Part shown: in pieces, positions 1 to 12,051 of the stretch
Layout of the letters: each line of letters begins with the position of its first letter
How positions within the stretch are numbered: the first letter of the stretch is position 1
Source: Azolla caroliniana
Lineage: Eukaryota > Plantae > Polypodiophyta
Assembly: GCA_043228905.1 (NCBI GenBank)
Contig: JBHGNT010000021.1
Location: forward strand, 2,418,001 to 2,482,000
Reading direction: 5' to 3'
DNA: 64,000 nt
Translations under genes and position numbers: made by a program
The notes under the pieces: model-generated
Told to the model about the DNA's origin: nothing
What the model saw: only the letters and a program-made list of their open reading frames with translations
The model's database searches: none

Positions 1-2460
1 TTATTGCTACCCTTTTCCTTTCATCGCGGTCCATGTTCTCCGGGGGTACTCCGGTGCTCAGGAACTGATGCATCTCAGTTAGCCACGTGTCTTTATCGGC
101 TACCGTTGCATCCGTTGCCGGTTCCGTCGTGATCCGGAACAACTCGGCGTCGGGGAACTCATCCTGGACGCCGTCCCTTGCTTCTCCGGATTCGAGTCTG
201 CTTAGGTAGTCCGCTACCGCATGCTGCGCCCCGGGTCGGTGGAAAATGTCGAATTCAAATTCCTGTAACAACAATGTCCATCGTGCAATTTTTCCCGTCA
301 GGGATGCCTTCGAGACTAGGTGGAGTAGTGCCGAATGGTCGACATGGAAGGAAAACTTCCTTCCGAGCAGATAGTGCCTGTACTTTGTGACACTATACAC
401 CATTCCCAATGCCTCGCGTTCCGTCGTAGAGTAGTTCCGTTCGGCTTTTGAGAGTTTCCGGCTTGCGTAGTACACCGGTCGGTACCATTTCGGCTCCGTG
501 AGTTGCATCAGAACGCTGCCGATTGCTACGTCCGACGCGTCGACGAGGACGTGAAAGCTTTTACTCCAATCCAGCGGTTGCACCACCGGAGCTTGCGACA
601 GCATAACCTTCAACGCTTGGTAGGCTTCCTCCTCCGTCTCCGCCCATAGGAAGGGTACCCTGTGTACGGCAGTATGTAATGGTGTAGCGAAGTCTGCGAG
701 GTGCCGTATCATCCGGCTATGCCACCTTATTTGGCCCAGGAACCGGCTTAAAGCCTTTGCGTTATTTGGTGCTGGTGCCTCGAGAATCGCCTTGACTTTA
801 TCCGGATCTACCGCGATTCCTTCCTTACTCACCACGTGCCCTAGTAAGTTGCCGCTTGCCACTCCAAAGACGCACTTGGCCGGGTTCAGACTCAACCGGT
901 ACTCGCGGCACTTCTCCAAGCACAGCCGGAGGTGATCGAGATGCTCTCCGTGCCAGCTGTAGACCACGAAATCGTCAAGGAAGACCTGCATAAAACCGGG
1001 GATATATTCCCCGAAAATTTCCATTATTATCCTTTGAAAGGTCGTTGGAGCCGTCTTTAGTCCGAACATCATCACGACCGAGACGAACACTCCCCATTCC
1101 GTAACGAACGTTGTCTTCTCTTGGTCGGCCGGGTTCATTCGTATTTGGTTGTAGCCGCTAAATCCATCCAGGAAGCTGTAAACTTCGTGGCCGGCTACCG
1201 CATCTAACACCCCGTCCGTAAATGGTAGTGGAAACGCATCGGTCACTGTTGCGGCATTTAGTTTGCGATAGTCCACGCATACCCGGATTTTGCCGTTCTT
1301 TTTCGGGACCACCACTATCGGACTCAGCCAGGTTGCCTACTTGACCGGTCGGATAAATCCAACCCGGAGGAGCTTATCAATTTCCTCCTTCACCTTCGCC
1401 GCATAATTCGGATTCATCCGGTACCTGCGTTGAGCGATCGGTTTCGCGTCCGTACTTAGGTGAATTTGGTGCTGATAGAGCTGGGGGTCCAGCCCTCGCA
1501 TGTCTTCGTACGACCACGCGAACACATCCTTGAAGTCTATTAATAATGCTACCATTGCCTTCTTTTCTTCCTTCGGCAATTCCTTTGCGACATTTACCGG
1601 TCGGGGCTTGTTTGTTGTGCCGAGGTCCACCTCCTCTAGTTGGGATGCTTTTACCCTTTGGGATATCGTCATTTCCCTCTCTAGGGATTCCTGCGCTTGT
1701 CGCAGTTCCCGGATCGCCGCTTGGTCCGGTTCGTCCGGCGTCGTAATGTACGGTTCTACTGCCGCCGTGATATCCACCTCAAATAGTGGGACGATTCGTG
1801 GGTGTTCCTCGAGGTACCGCTCGACTTCCTCGTCCGGTAATCCCTCCAACATGTTGATGCTTTCCGCATACAATGGAGTTGCTTCCTTACTGGCGATCAC
1901 CCGTGGTTGCGTCGTTACTCGTACCTTTGTTTTCCCTCGCCGGAATGTGATCATGTTCTTTTGCCAGTTTTGCTTGATATGCGCCGTTCGCAGCCATGGT
2001 CGTCCTAGCAGTAGGGGGTACGCGCCTTGTACATTCAACTGTAGCACCACGGTCGATATCCGGAATACGTGGCCTCCGATCGTTACTTCCAAATCCCGGA
2101 TAAGCCCGGTCGGTCGGACTGAGCTGGTATCCGCCATGCGTAACCAGAAGGGGCATGGTTCCCATTCCCGGATGCCCAGGTTATCGCATGTATGTCGGCT
2201 GATGACATTTACCCCGGAGCCTCCGTCAATAATCGTTCCAGCAATTTCCTTTCCTTTCACGATTGTCGTGATCGTCGGGCTACTTGTATCGACCACCGCT
2301 GGTCCTTCCTCCGGGTTGGAGAAGAATGCCGGTGCTGGCGTCGGCTTCGGTTTGCTCACGGATGCCTGTAAGTCTGCCGTAAACCGTGGCACCAACTGTA
2401 GTAGCCGTGCTAACGGCAGCACGATTTGACAGTCCTGTAGCGCTTGCCACGTCGGTTTTC
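1..2460 (-). pseudogene. pol of A1: aspartic protease, reverse transcriptase, RNase H; one in-frame TAG at 1337-1339
   Basis: Protease IIDGGSGVNVIS and LLLGRPWL. Manual translation past the TAG gives ATWLSPIVVVPKKNGKIRVCVDYRKLN, MQVFLDDFVVY (RT), then FHVLVDASD, ERNYSTTEREALGMVY and HAVADYLSRL (RNase H). Confidence 0.93.
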
Positions 2461-4473
2461 TCCTGGCTGTATGATTTCTTCGTCTTTTGGCATATTTTGG
2501 TCTCTTACTTCTGCCGCATTCTGTTCATTGGCCTCCTTGATCCATTGCGCCGCTTGTTTTCTGATTGCCTCCTGGGCTTCCCACTCGGCGGTCTTTCCCT
2601 TTGACCGGGTTGTGACCTGTTGTACTTCTGTTATTTCGGTTGTATCCATGTTGACTGCCGGCTGCTTGTCATTGGTTTTGCTTGGGCATTGGTTACTATA
2701 ATGGCCTTCCTTATGGCAGTAATAACAGTACACCTTGTGACTGTTGCTCGTTTCTCCTTTCTCCCCGGTTTGGAGGGTGGGTATGCTTCGGCGGTCGTCT
2801 TCGGTTTTTCGGTTATCCGATACCGATACTGGGTTGTCATTCCTTGCTGCCTCCCAACGTTCCTCTCTTCGGAAAAATCCACGCTTCTGATTCCGTCGGA
2901 AATTTCGGTTCCCTTGTCGCCTCTCTTCTCTGCGTCGTTCGTATTCCGGGGATTCGTCTCGGTCGTACCGGTCCCGGGGGTAGCTATCTCTGCGTTTCTC
3001 CTCTCGGTCATAGTTATCGCGTCTTCTATCAGCGTATCTGTTACCGCGTTCGCGTTGGTAGCGGTCGTCTCTCCGGAATCGATCCTCATCCGGGTTCTGA
3101 TTGCGCGGTTCTATGTGTCGAACCGGTGCTGCCTGCCGATTTAACAGGTTATATTCGCATCGGTCCGTTGTATGGGCTCGAGAGTTGCAGATCATACATT
3201 GTGTCCGCAGGGTGCAGTCTACTGTTGAGTGGCCCGAATTTAGGCATGTTGTGCATTCCTGTCGGAACCTCAGGTCTTCCTCCTTCGGGAGTGCCCGGTG
3301 TAACATCCCCATCGACAAGAAGGAGCTAGTCTTGTCCATTTCTAAGACCCGATCAATAACTTGGTCCATTGTCCTGGTGTGGAAATCAAGGACTCCGCAC
3401 ATTGTTCGAAGTGGCTCTTTCAGCGCGGCCAAAAAGACTGCTTTGGCTTCGTCTTCGGGTGGTGCTCTCGTCAGTTGGCTGTGCAGGGTCTGAAACCGAA
3501 TGATGAATTGTGGCACAGTCTCGTTCTCTTCCTGCCGGGTGGTGTAGAACTGCCCGACCAATTCCCTTTGCTCAACTTGTCTGTGAAAAAGCCTGAGGAA
3601 TTTGGCCTTCAAGGCATCGAATGTGGCAAAGCTGCCCGGTAAGTGCTTTGCGTGCCATCAGGCCGCCGGTCCTTCTAAGGTCATGCCGAATTCGGCGACT
3701 TTGGATCGTTCGGCTTCGGGCTCCGTCAGTCTTTGGGAGACATGGTTGGCTTCCCATGTTTGGATGAATGCGTACACATGTGCCTCCGCGTCGGGCTCAT
3801 CCCGGTACTTTGGGTATGGGTACGGCATCGTATCGTCCAACTGACTCTCCTGCTTTCTCCGCTCTCTGTCCACTGTTGGCGTCGGTGTGAGAACCTTTGG
3901 TTCCTCCGCGGTTGGTGCCGGTATCCGCTCCTTCAGTTCCTCCGCGGGTGTTGCCGGTGTCCGGTCCTTTGGTTCCTCCGCGGGTGTTGTCGGTATCCGC
4001 TCCTTTGGTTCCTTCGCGGGTGTTGTCGGTATCCGGTCAGCCTCCCTCGGCGATTGCCGGTCACCGAACTCCAAGGTTATTTCTTCCTCTGGCTCCGGTG
4101 TTACTGAGTCTTCCGACCCCTCTTCCCCCGGGTCTTTTGGTGTGTCGTGGCTGCTTTTATACCGGGACGCAACGCTTCCGTCGCTTTCCGACTCCGCCTC
4201 AAGTGTTGCGAATGCTTCCGAGTCCCCGTCGCCCCCGGTGAGCGTCTGTAGTATTGTTTCCGCCTCTTGCAGGCTTGTTATGCTACTGCCTTCGTCGGGG
4301 ACTTGCAGAACCCGGAACTGCAGTGCTTCTTCTGCGACTCTCCGAAGAGTTCTGGAGAATGACCGATCTCGCCGGATCTCGTCGACGGCTTGTTGCAGGG
4401 CTTCCCGTCGTTGCTCTCGTTCAGTGTATCGTCTCGCTCGTTCGGTGATGTGGTCGTCGTTTGGTCTAGACAT
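2410..4473 (-). pseudogene. gag of A1 with Pro/Glu-rich N-terminal repeats, capsid domain and three CCHC knuckles; in-frame TGA at 3658-3660
   Basis: ORFs 3658-4557 and 2410-3612 share a frame. Capsid-like RQEENETVPQFIIRF. Knuckles CTTCLNSGHSTVDC, CMICNSRAHTTDRC and CYYCHKEGHYSNQC. Copy A2 has CAA at the stop position. Confidence 0.85.
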
Positions 4474-4509
4474 CCATCCCCCGGTTGTCCTCTGCACTTT
4501 GCAGGAATC

Positions 4510-4519
4510 GTGGTCGCCA
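4510..4519 (-). other. Primer-binding site of A1 (TGGCGACCAC, tRNA-Arg-like)
   Basis: Lies 6 nt inside the 5' LTR and is identical in A2 (35380-35389). Matches the recalled 3' end of plant tRNA-Arg (...GUGGUCGCCA) over 10 nt. Confidence 0.65.
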
Positions 4520-4525
4520 AAATAG

Positions 4526-5134
4526 TGTTGTTTGCCTGGCCGGACTAGCCTCAACACAGGTGTCTATCCGACACTTCTCCAAAGGGGTGGTAAGGATTGG
4601 ATGCTAGGTTACACGCGTAAGATGATTACAATTAAGCACAGACGGTAAAACAATACGAAGATACATATAAACACGCAATAATTACTTTTGTATTACTTCC
4701 GTCAAAACCTTTACAAATCATCGGATCCTTTTATAGGCATCCGGCAAGGTTACAATCGGTGCACTTAGGCAACCGTGCCTGGCCGGACTAGCCTCAACAA
4801 AGGTGTCTATCCGACACTTCTCCAAAGGGGTGGTAAGGATTGGATGCTAGGTTACACGCGTAAGATGATTACAATTAAGCACAGATGGTAAAACAATACG
4901 AAGATACAGATAAACACGCAATAATTACTTTTGTATTACTTCCGTCAAAACCTTTACAAATCATCGGATCCTTTTATAGGCATCCGGCAAGGTTACAATC
5001 GGTGCACTTAGGCAACCGGCATCCGAATCGGTCCGGATCCGTCCCTCCGAATAATAATTATACTATTATTTACTTCCTATTATCCGATCCGACTCCGCCT
5101 TCCCACTTGTCCTTGCTCTTCTGACCGGTCAACA
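4526..5134 (-). repeat. 5' LTR of A1 containing a 243-bp tandem duplication (4533-4775 / 4776-5018)
   Basis: TG...CA ends. The duplicated block is present once in the 380-bp A2 LTRs. Confidence 0.92.
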
Positions 5135-6599
5135 AGGTTCAACAACAAAAACCTTAATCTCTATTCACCACTCTATACATATGTGTGTTCAATGAACACT
5201 TTTATACAAGTCCTAGAAGGACTGACAGAAGTATTGACAGTACTTCAATGCTCATTAAGAGCTCCTACAATAACTTCCAAATATATTCCTCACGGAATAT
5301 CTTTCCTAACGGCCTCCCGGTTTACGCACCGATCCGGCCCTGCCTACGCACCGGTTTGCGTACCGGTTTACGCATTCGGCCTAATCGATTGGTCCCAACC
5401 GATCCGGTCCTCGGCTTCTTCAGCCGATCCGGCCGATGTTGAGCTTGTCTCTCAACAACGAACAACAAGACCCTGCTCGTGTCGAGCACGGTCCAATCCA
5501 TGGCCGACAGCCGAGCGAACCGTTGTTCGAATTCCTGGTGGAGCACCGACGTGTTCCTCCCCTTTCCAGGGCTCTCTACCCAAGCCATGAAGTCCCGCTT
5601 CGACAGCTAAAGCGAATCGTCGTACCTGTACTTCTCGAGGAGCCGCCCTCGAGCTCCACCCAAGCCTGGCATCCGGCCAACACCTCGAGCACCTCCACGT
5701 GGATGCTTGGCGTCACCACTCGAGGGAATCCAGACAACCGTCTGTCCTCCGGGATTTGCCTCATGATCATTTCGGCCCGATAGGCCTCCGAATAGCTCGT
5801 GGCATTCTTCCCACCGAATCGGCCTATGGTGCCGACAATCGATTATATGGCCCTATCAAGGGCACCCGTTCCCTCACGAGCACTGACTAGCCGGTCGACG
5901 GCTACTGCCATAGCTTCAGCAAGCTCGGATCCCCTCATCTTCAACTCCTTTGCCGCCTTCTTTCATGTCGGGTTCACCAAATATGTCGTGTTGTTACGCT
6001 CTCACGTGTGAAATAAGGCGGGACCGCGGGGGCCCTGAACCAAGGAGCGTGAGAAAGGAGAGGGAGAGCGATTCACAGAAACACACAGAGAGAGACAGGA
6101 ACGGAAGATTCAATTACAATGTCTACAACAATTACAACCGGCAAGCCGACAACTGACCCAAAACGGAGGTTCCACGCACACACACGGACGACATAGAGAA
6201 CGCACGATGGAGCCTCTGCTGGAAGCACACGGGCTTACACGCAGCAGAGGCAACCGACATAGAAACGTAGTGGAGAGCAATGGTGGAGGAGAGAGCTCGG
6301 TCCCCAGTCCAACAACACTTCGTCTTCGCCAAAACGCTATATCTTTCTTCTTCTTCTCCCTTCCCTTTTATAGGTCGCCGAGGAGGCCGTTACATCAAAC
6401 AGATCACCTTTATTCTCTGTCCTTTCGGATAGGGATACACATCGATTCCCTAGACAATTAATACCCTTCCTAGTACATATGTACATCAACCAATCTATTC
6501 TTAGCTATGTACAATTCATAAACACACATTCACGAGTGAAAAGGATTGGGTCACGCCTGCTCCTCTCGATTCCTCCTAGGGGCGGTTTTCTCCACGACA
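5135..6599 (-). mobile_element. Element D: deleted relative of gypsy family B/C (5' LTR 5984-6599, tRNA-Trp PBS, truncated gag about 5420-5940)
   Basis: LTR TGTCG...CGACA with termini similar to the B/C LTRs. PBS TGGTGAACCCGACATGAA. Gag fragments (WVESPGKGRNTSVLHQEFE) are homologous to 37791-38639. Confidence 0.85.
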
Positions 6600-7560
6600 A
6601 TGGGGTAAGGCAAGGTGATAAGCAGATGACCCAACCTGCTTACGGATTTCAAATGGGCCACAATATCGTGGGGCTAACTTAGCGCACTTGCCCGTAGACA
6701 ATGACCTAGAGTCAGTAGGGACACACAAAAAAACTTTTTGACCAATAGTAAATGCACGAGGACTTCTATCCTGATCAACATACAATCGAGCACGATCTTG
6801 AGCTATCTTGACATTCTCTTTGGCAATATGCAACATTTGGTTCATGTCTTGCAAAAAATTGTGTGTACTATCTAATGTATCACGATGAATCGTGACATCA
6901 ACTGGGGCACGTGGCTGAAAACCATACATCAACATAAAAGGACTATATCCGGTGGATGTATGTTTAGAGCTATTATAGGCAAATTCTAAGATAGGAAGGT
7001 ATTGCTCCCACTTAGAAGGGGTTTAGGGTTTGTCCATCAGACTGAGGATGATGTGCGGAACTCATGCTCAACGTAGTTTCTAGTTTCTTAAAGACTTGAG
7101 TCCAAAAGTCACTAGTAAACTTGGAATCTCGATCACTAACAATATCCATCGGTAATCCATAAAAGCGAAATAACTCATCAACAAATTGATAAGCCAATTG
7201 TTGAGCACTACCGTGGTTTTGGTAGGAATAAATCTAGCCAATTTTGTTAGTCTGTCAACGACAACCCAAATGGCATCATGACCCCTCTGTGTACGAGGTA
7301 AACTAACAATAAAATCCATCGATATACTTTCCCATTTGTTGTTGGGAATATCTAAGGGATGTAAAAGACCCGCAACTTTAAGTCGTTCCGACTTATTAAT
7401 TTGATATTGTAAGCGTTTAGTTACGTATTTATGCACATCAGAGTGCATCTTAGGCCAAAAAAAAGTACTCGAGATGAGAACGAGTGTGCGTTGTAATCCA
7501 GGATGACCAGTAGATGGTGCATCATGACATTCATGAAAAAAGTTCTGTTTTATGTGTGTG
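6600..7560 (-). pseudogene. Decayed Ty3/gypsy (chromovirus-like) integrase fragment, interrupted by element D
   Basis: ECHDAPSTGHPG, WESISMDFI, WVVVDRLTK, IVSDRDSKF, HPQSDGQT and KLAPRYCGPF motifs, with frameshifts. Confidence 0.88.
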
Positions 7561-8249
7561 CACATTTGTTTTGTGTGAGATGGAGGCATTTCTAAGGGCA
7601 ACTTCAAATATGTGAGGGAGAAGTAGAAAGAGAATTTGGCTCAAGTTGGGGTTCTTTTCAGGTCTATGTCATAGCCTATGTCTACATCACATAGAATCCA
7701 CTAATGTCTTTTCTTTTATATGACTAGAAATCATCAAAGTGGATGGTGCATTATTGAATAAAATATGGCGAGATAAACCAAGATGGGAAATATGCAGGTC
7801 CTGAAATGACTTCGAGAGACAATGTCAACAAGGAATAAGATATCATTTGCATATGCAATAAACAATGAAAACAATGAGGAAACAAGGATACTAAGAGGAA
7901 TATGAGAAATGCTCCAATAATAAATCACATAATGTATTATTTGTATTTTCTTGATATCCTCACATATAACATTCTCATTTTTTGAAAGCTTCTTCTCTTA
8001 TGTCTAGGCTCTAGCCAACAAAACAATAAAAATACTAAGTGCATGAAAGGATGGCTAGAGCCATATGTGAAAGTGTAAGATAAATAAGCAAGATCTCTTG
8101 TGTAGGATAGGATAGTCTTGGCTCGACCTTCCCGAGAAAGGGATTGAGTTTGTGTATATTTTAACTAAAGGAGTATATTCTTTTTTGGTAAAAAAAAAGA
8201 ACTTTTTTATATTATCCAAAGAACTTCTGAGATTATGCTCAATCTCTGT

Positions 8250-8950
8250 CCAAACCTAAGAAATGATTTGGTAGGTCTTTTAGTCACATTTTGAAATACC
8301 TTCAAACATCGAGCCTTCCAAATATACCAAGTTGTGATACATAGCAAGTGAACTTATTATTCATGCCCATAAAATAACTAGAAACACACAAACACCACAC
8401 ATGGTTTATATATTGCATTGCTTAAACGATATATGTAAGACAATAATGCTCATAATTTGTCAGAGGCCTAAGAATTCCTCCATACATCAACAATGGTATG
8501 AGGTGATATGGTGACACATTCACTTTCAATAGTGCTTTGACAAGTGGAAAGGGCGAGGTTTTTTAAAATTGTTTCATAATGTTATGATCCTTCAAATAAG
8601 AGGTTTTTGCCCTGATTAGTTTTTGTACCTAATGACCTATGTTCCAGTCCTATTTTGGCAACTTTTGATTTAGCATATTCTTGAAAATTTGTGATATACT
8701 TCTATACTCTTTGCATGGATAGCATTGAGCACCTATTTCTTATGCCATGACAATTGAATAAGATCTTAAGGATTGAACTCCCAATTGTTTATGTGAGTAC
8801 AATTGTCTATGTGAGTGTTACCCCACATTTCTACTTCGTAAACCAATACATGGACCACATCTCAATTCCATCTAACTTCCCATTTTCGAGTATTATTCTG
8901 GTTGCATTGTGTTTGATGACAATGTCCTTAAGTTAGTCCCCTTAAACTAT
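8250..8950 (-). mobile_element. Highly decayed LINE remnants
   Basis: Manual translation gives TWYIWKARCLKVFQ (L1-type C-terminus, about 8290-8345). The segment at about 8640-8720 resembles the LINE in the PAP intron (QRV.KYIT). Confidence 0.45.
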
Positions 8951-9482
8951 GAAGTGCATACCCAAAAGACACGTTTTTTAATAAGGGATGACGTTGAAAG
9001 AGCAAAAAGTTTGTATTTTTTAAAGCTTATAAGGGCTTATAAGGACACATGGTCAAACATACGAAAATTCTATGTATTTTATAAAAGTTTATTGGACATG
9101 TGATCGAAAGTATGAAAAGTTTATGTATTTATAAAAGTTATATCTTGTAGAGATATCCCTTCGTGCATTATTTAAAACAAATTGAAGGTTGTATGTACGA
9201 TATTTTACATTGGCCAATATGTAAAATTCATATATGGAAGTGTGGAAGGTTGGAAAAGGCTTTAGATATAGCAAAACACTAGATTTTCTTGATAAAATTA
9301 AAGACAATTAATTGGATCCCCTAGAAATAACACGAGCGGTGTTTGAAAGTGAGAAGCACAACCCACTATATGGTTGAGATCCATGAGAAGTGGCTTGTGG
9401 TAGCTCTAACCTCATCCATTAAAACCCACATCTACTAATTTACCCCACACATTCTAAGAGGTGGCTTGTGGTAGCTCTCGAC

Positions 9483-9983
9483 TAACAATCGGCAACGGTT
9501 CGGTTTGAACCGAACTGAACCGCGAAACCGCGTTTTAATGGTTTCCACGGTTCAATTCGGTTCGGTTTAGGTTCAAGTTTTTTTTAACGGTTTGGTTCGG
9601 TTTCGGTTTGGTTTCAATAGTCAAAAACCACGGTTTTAACAGTTTAACAGTTTTTAATTTTTAATATTTCTTAAAAATTTAAATTTAAATTTAAAAAATT
9701 GTTTTTAAACCATCTTTTCATTTTTACACCTTATTCTCACATTTTAGGAACATCTTAAAAATTCTAAAAATTCTAAATAATGAAATATTATAAATTTTTA
9801 AAAATTAAAAATTGGACCTATGTTGAAAACCAAAACTGAACCACAAAACCACGGTTTTTACAGTTTAATGGTTTAACGGTTTGAAAAAAAAAAGTTTAAC
9901 GGTTCAATTTCGTGGCTCGGTTCAGGTTTCAAAAAAAATAAATGGTTCGGTTCCAAACCAAACCAAACCGTTGCCGATTGTTA
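9483..9983. mobile_element. Non-autonomous hAT-type DNA transposon (MITE, 501 bp)
   Basis: Perfect 18-bp TIR TAACAATCGGCAACGGTT, 8-bp TSD CTCTCGAC (9475-9482 / 9984-9991), many subterminal AACCG/CGGTT motifs and an AT-rich core. Confidence 0.9.
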
Positions 9984-12051
9984 CTCTCGACTCATCCATT
10001 AAAACATCCACATCTACTAATTTACCCCACACATTCTAACCCCATTCTCACACTTCTTACATGGCAAATATGCTTTCCTTTAAAGTAGCTATGGTCTCAA
10101 ATACTATTATATACGCGCACAACTATCCACGAAAAATAACGATGCAAAAGAAATATAGAAGGCTACAATTGTATTGTGGGTCATAAGACCATCTAAAAGA
10201 TGTATGCTCAAGGACAACATGAACAGTTTATACATTCACTAATGCCAAAACAAAGTATATGACAAGTGCATATGATATTGACTTGTTTCATAATAGAAAA
10301 ATATCAACCTTTAACTTAATCAAACACTAATTTAATGCCCACCTAATAATTAGCAAAAAACAAAATATTTACCAAATGTACGTTAAAAGGAAAAAGGAAA
10401 GGCAACATTATCATTGGACCATTAAAAGGTTAGACATATCCCTCAAAAACAGAAAAAAGCGAGGCAATGCCTACTTTCATGATATAAAAAGATGTGAGTA
10501 ATGTATTTTAAAGTTGAGATTAAAGATAAAAAAACATGTCGAAGGATGAAGGCGTTGAACGTCTCATAACTTACATTATTAGGTTAAGGAAACTAAATGA
10601 GGTGTTTGTGGTAATGAATGAGTAAAGAAAGGTCCTAAAACCAAAACATATACATAATCAAAATAGCTAAGGAGTACAATCTAAATGAGGAAAAAGTGGC
10701 TATACCTTGCTCCACTCCATACTTGTTTATCTCATTCAAATCCATAAATGATGAACCTCAACGATTGGTCATCTAACATCATATACCAACGAGCTTGCCT
10801 AAATCAAAGTAAGAATAGCTCCACCCATTTCTATACGTGAACATCAACATCATCACCAAACATATTGGAAATCATATGATACCTTTTGAGGAACTTATCA
10901 TTTGTATAATTTCAGCACAACCCTTCAAAGAAGAGGTGAAACACAAATATAAAAGGTGGAGGTCTAATCATTCCATTACATGCACTTTTGTTGTAAAGGT
11001 ACATTGTATATGATATTAAGCCAATTTATGCTTGGGAGTTAAATATTTTGCCAATTTGAATGTGAACATTTGACGAGCTGATGTTGGGTGGTAAATCTTG
11101 GGCCAGTGGTTCCGTTGAAAGTATCCCAAGTCACGACTCACGACACAAAGCGATATTTAATGTTAATTCTTCTCTAATGAGTTTGCGACTACCCACTGAA
11201 GTATAATCAATGGTATCATAAAGCAAAAGATGCCCATCCCATCAAGTTATCATAAAATAAGTAAGAAAAGACAAAAAGACAAGGGATTTACTCGCTTGTC
11301 TTTATATGGAAGGAAAATGAACAAATCGAACTCGTAGGTGTCTTACCATAAGAAGTTGTTCAAAATTTCTTTCTAATAAAAATACTATGCCTCTTTTTGA
11401 CAAGGAGACAATGAGTGCAATTTAAAGTTGTGGCTATAATCCCTTTGAACACTATAGGGATGGGTTCCTTTTTAATGGTGTTCACAAAAGATAAAGGGAC
11501 AATAAAACATTGCAATGCCTTTTAAATGCTATAAAGCTTGTGCTCTCTCTTGATCCTACAACCTTGAGTTTTTCAAGCGCTGTTTTTTACAGAGATAAAA
11601 TAGTCTACTTGGATAGATTAGTCTCTATTTATAGTAAAGGAGTATTGTAAAAGGGCACCAATTCTTCTAAGATGTGAGACTTTCTCCAAAACATTTGTTC
11701 ATTGCTTGCTTATGGAAATAATTAGCCAAATCTTTTGCTTTGTGTACCTATGAACTCAATCAATCATAGCAGCAAAAAATTCACTAAAGATTTTATTACA
11801 AGAGCTTGTAATAATTCATGACAAAACAATAAAATCAACCGACGAAAGAGCGCCAAGGGCAACACGTAGCATCATGTTCCCATTGCCCTCTTATTTTGAT
11901 TGTTTTCTCATATTTAAGAACATCCTTAGGGGCAGAGCAAAAGACCTTGAAAAAGCATAAAGACACTTGTTTCCCGAGTTAATCAAAGATAGATTCATGA
12001 ACACAAATTGTGTAGCTATTGTTATATACAGTTTTTACAAGGCCATATATA

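Larger units (their letters stand above)
1..5134 (-). mobile_element. Ty3/gypsy LTR retrotransposon, family A copy 1 (5' LTR, gag, protease, RT, RNase H; 3' part runs off the window start)
   Basis: LTR TGTTG...CAACA at 4526-5134 is homologous to the paired LTRs at 31932-32311 and 35396-35775. Gag-PR-RT-RH order on the minus strand. Inserted into the internal region of element D. Confidence 0.93.

Noticed and set aside
2410-2470. Frame change between gag and protease in A1 as a programmed frameshift
   Set aside because: There is no canonical slippery heptamer and no second copy for comparison, so a simple indel is equally likely.
1500-4525. Long plus-strand ORFs (e.g. 1500-2429, 3887-4525) and similar ones in 22000-38500
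   Set aside because: They are antisense shadows of GC-rich retroelement genes with no independent motifs.
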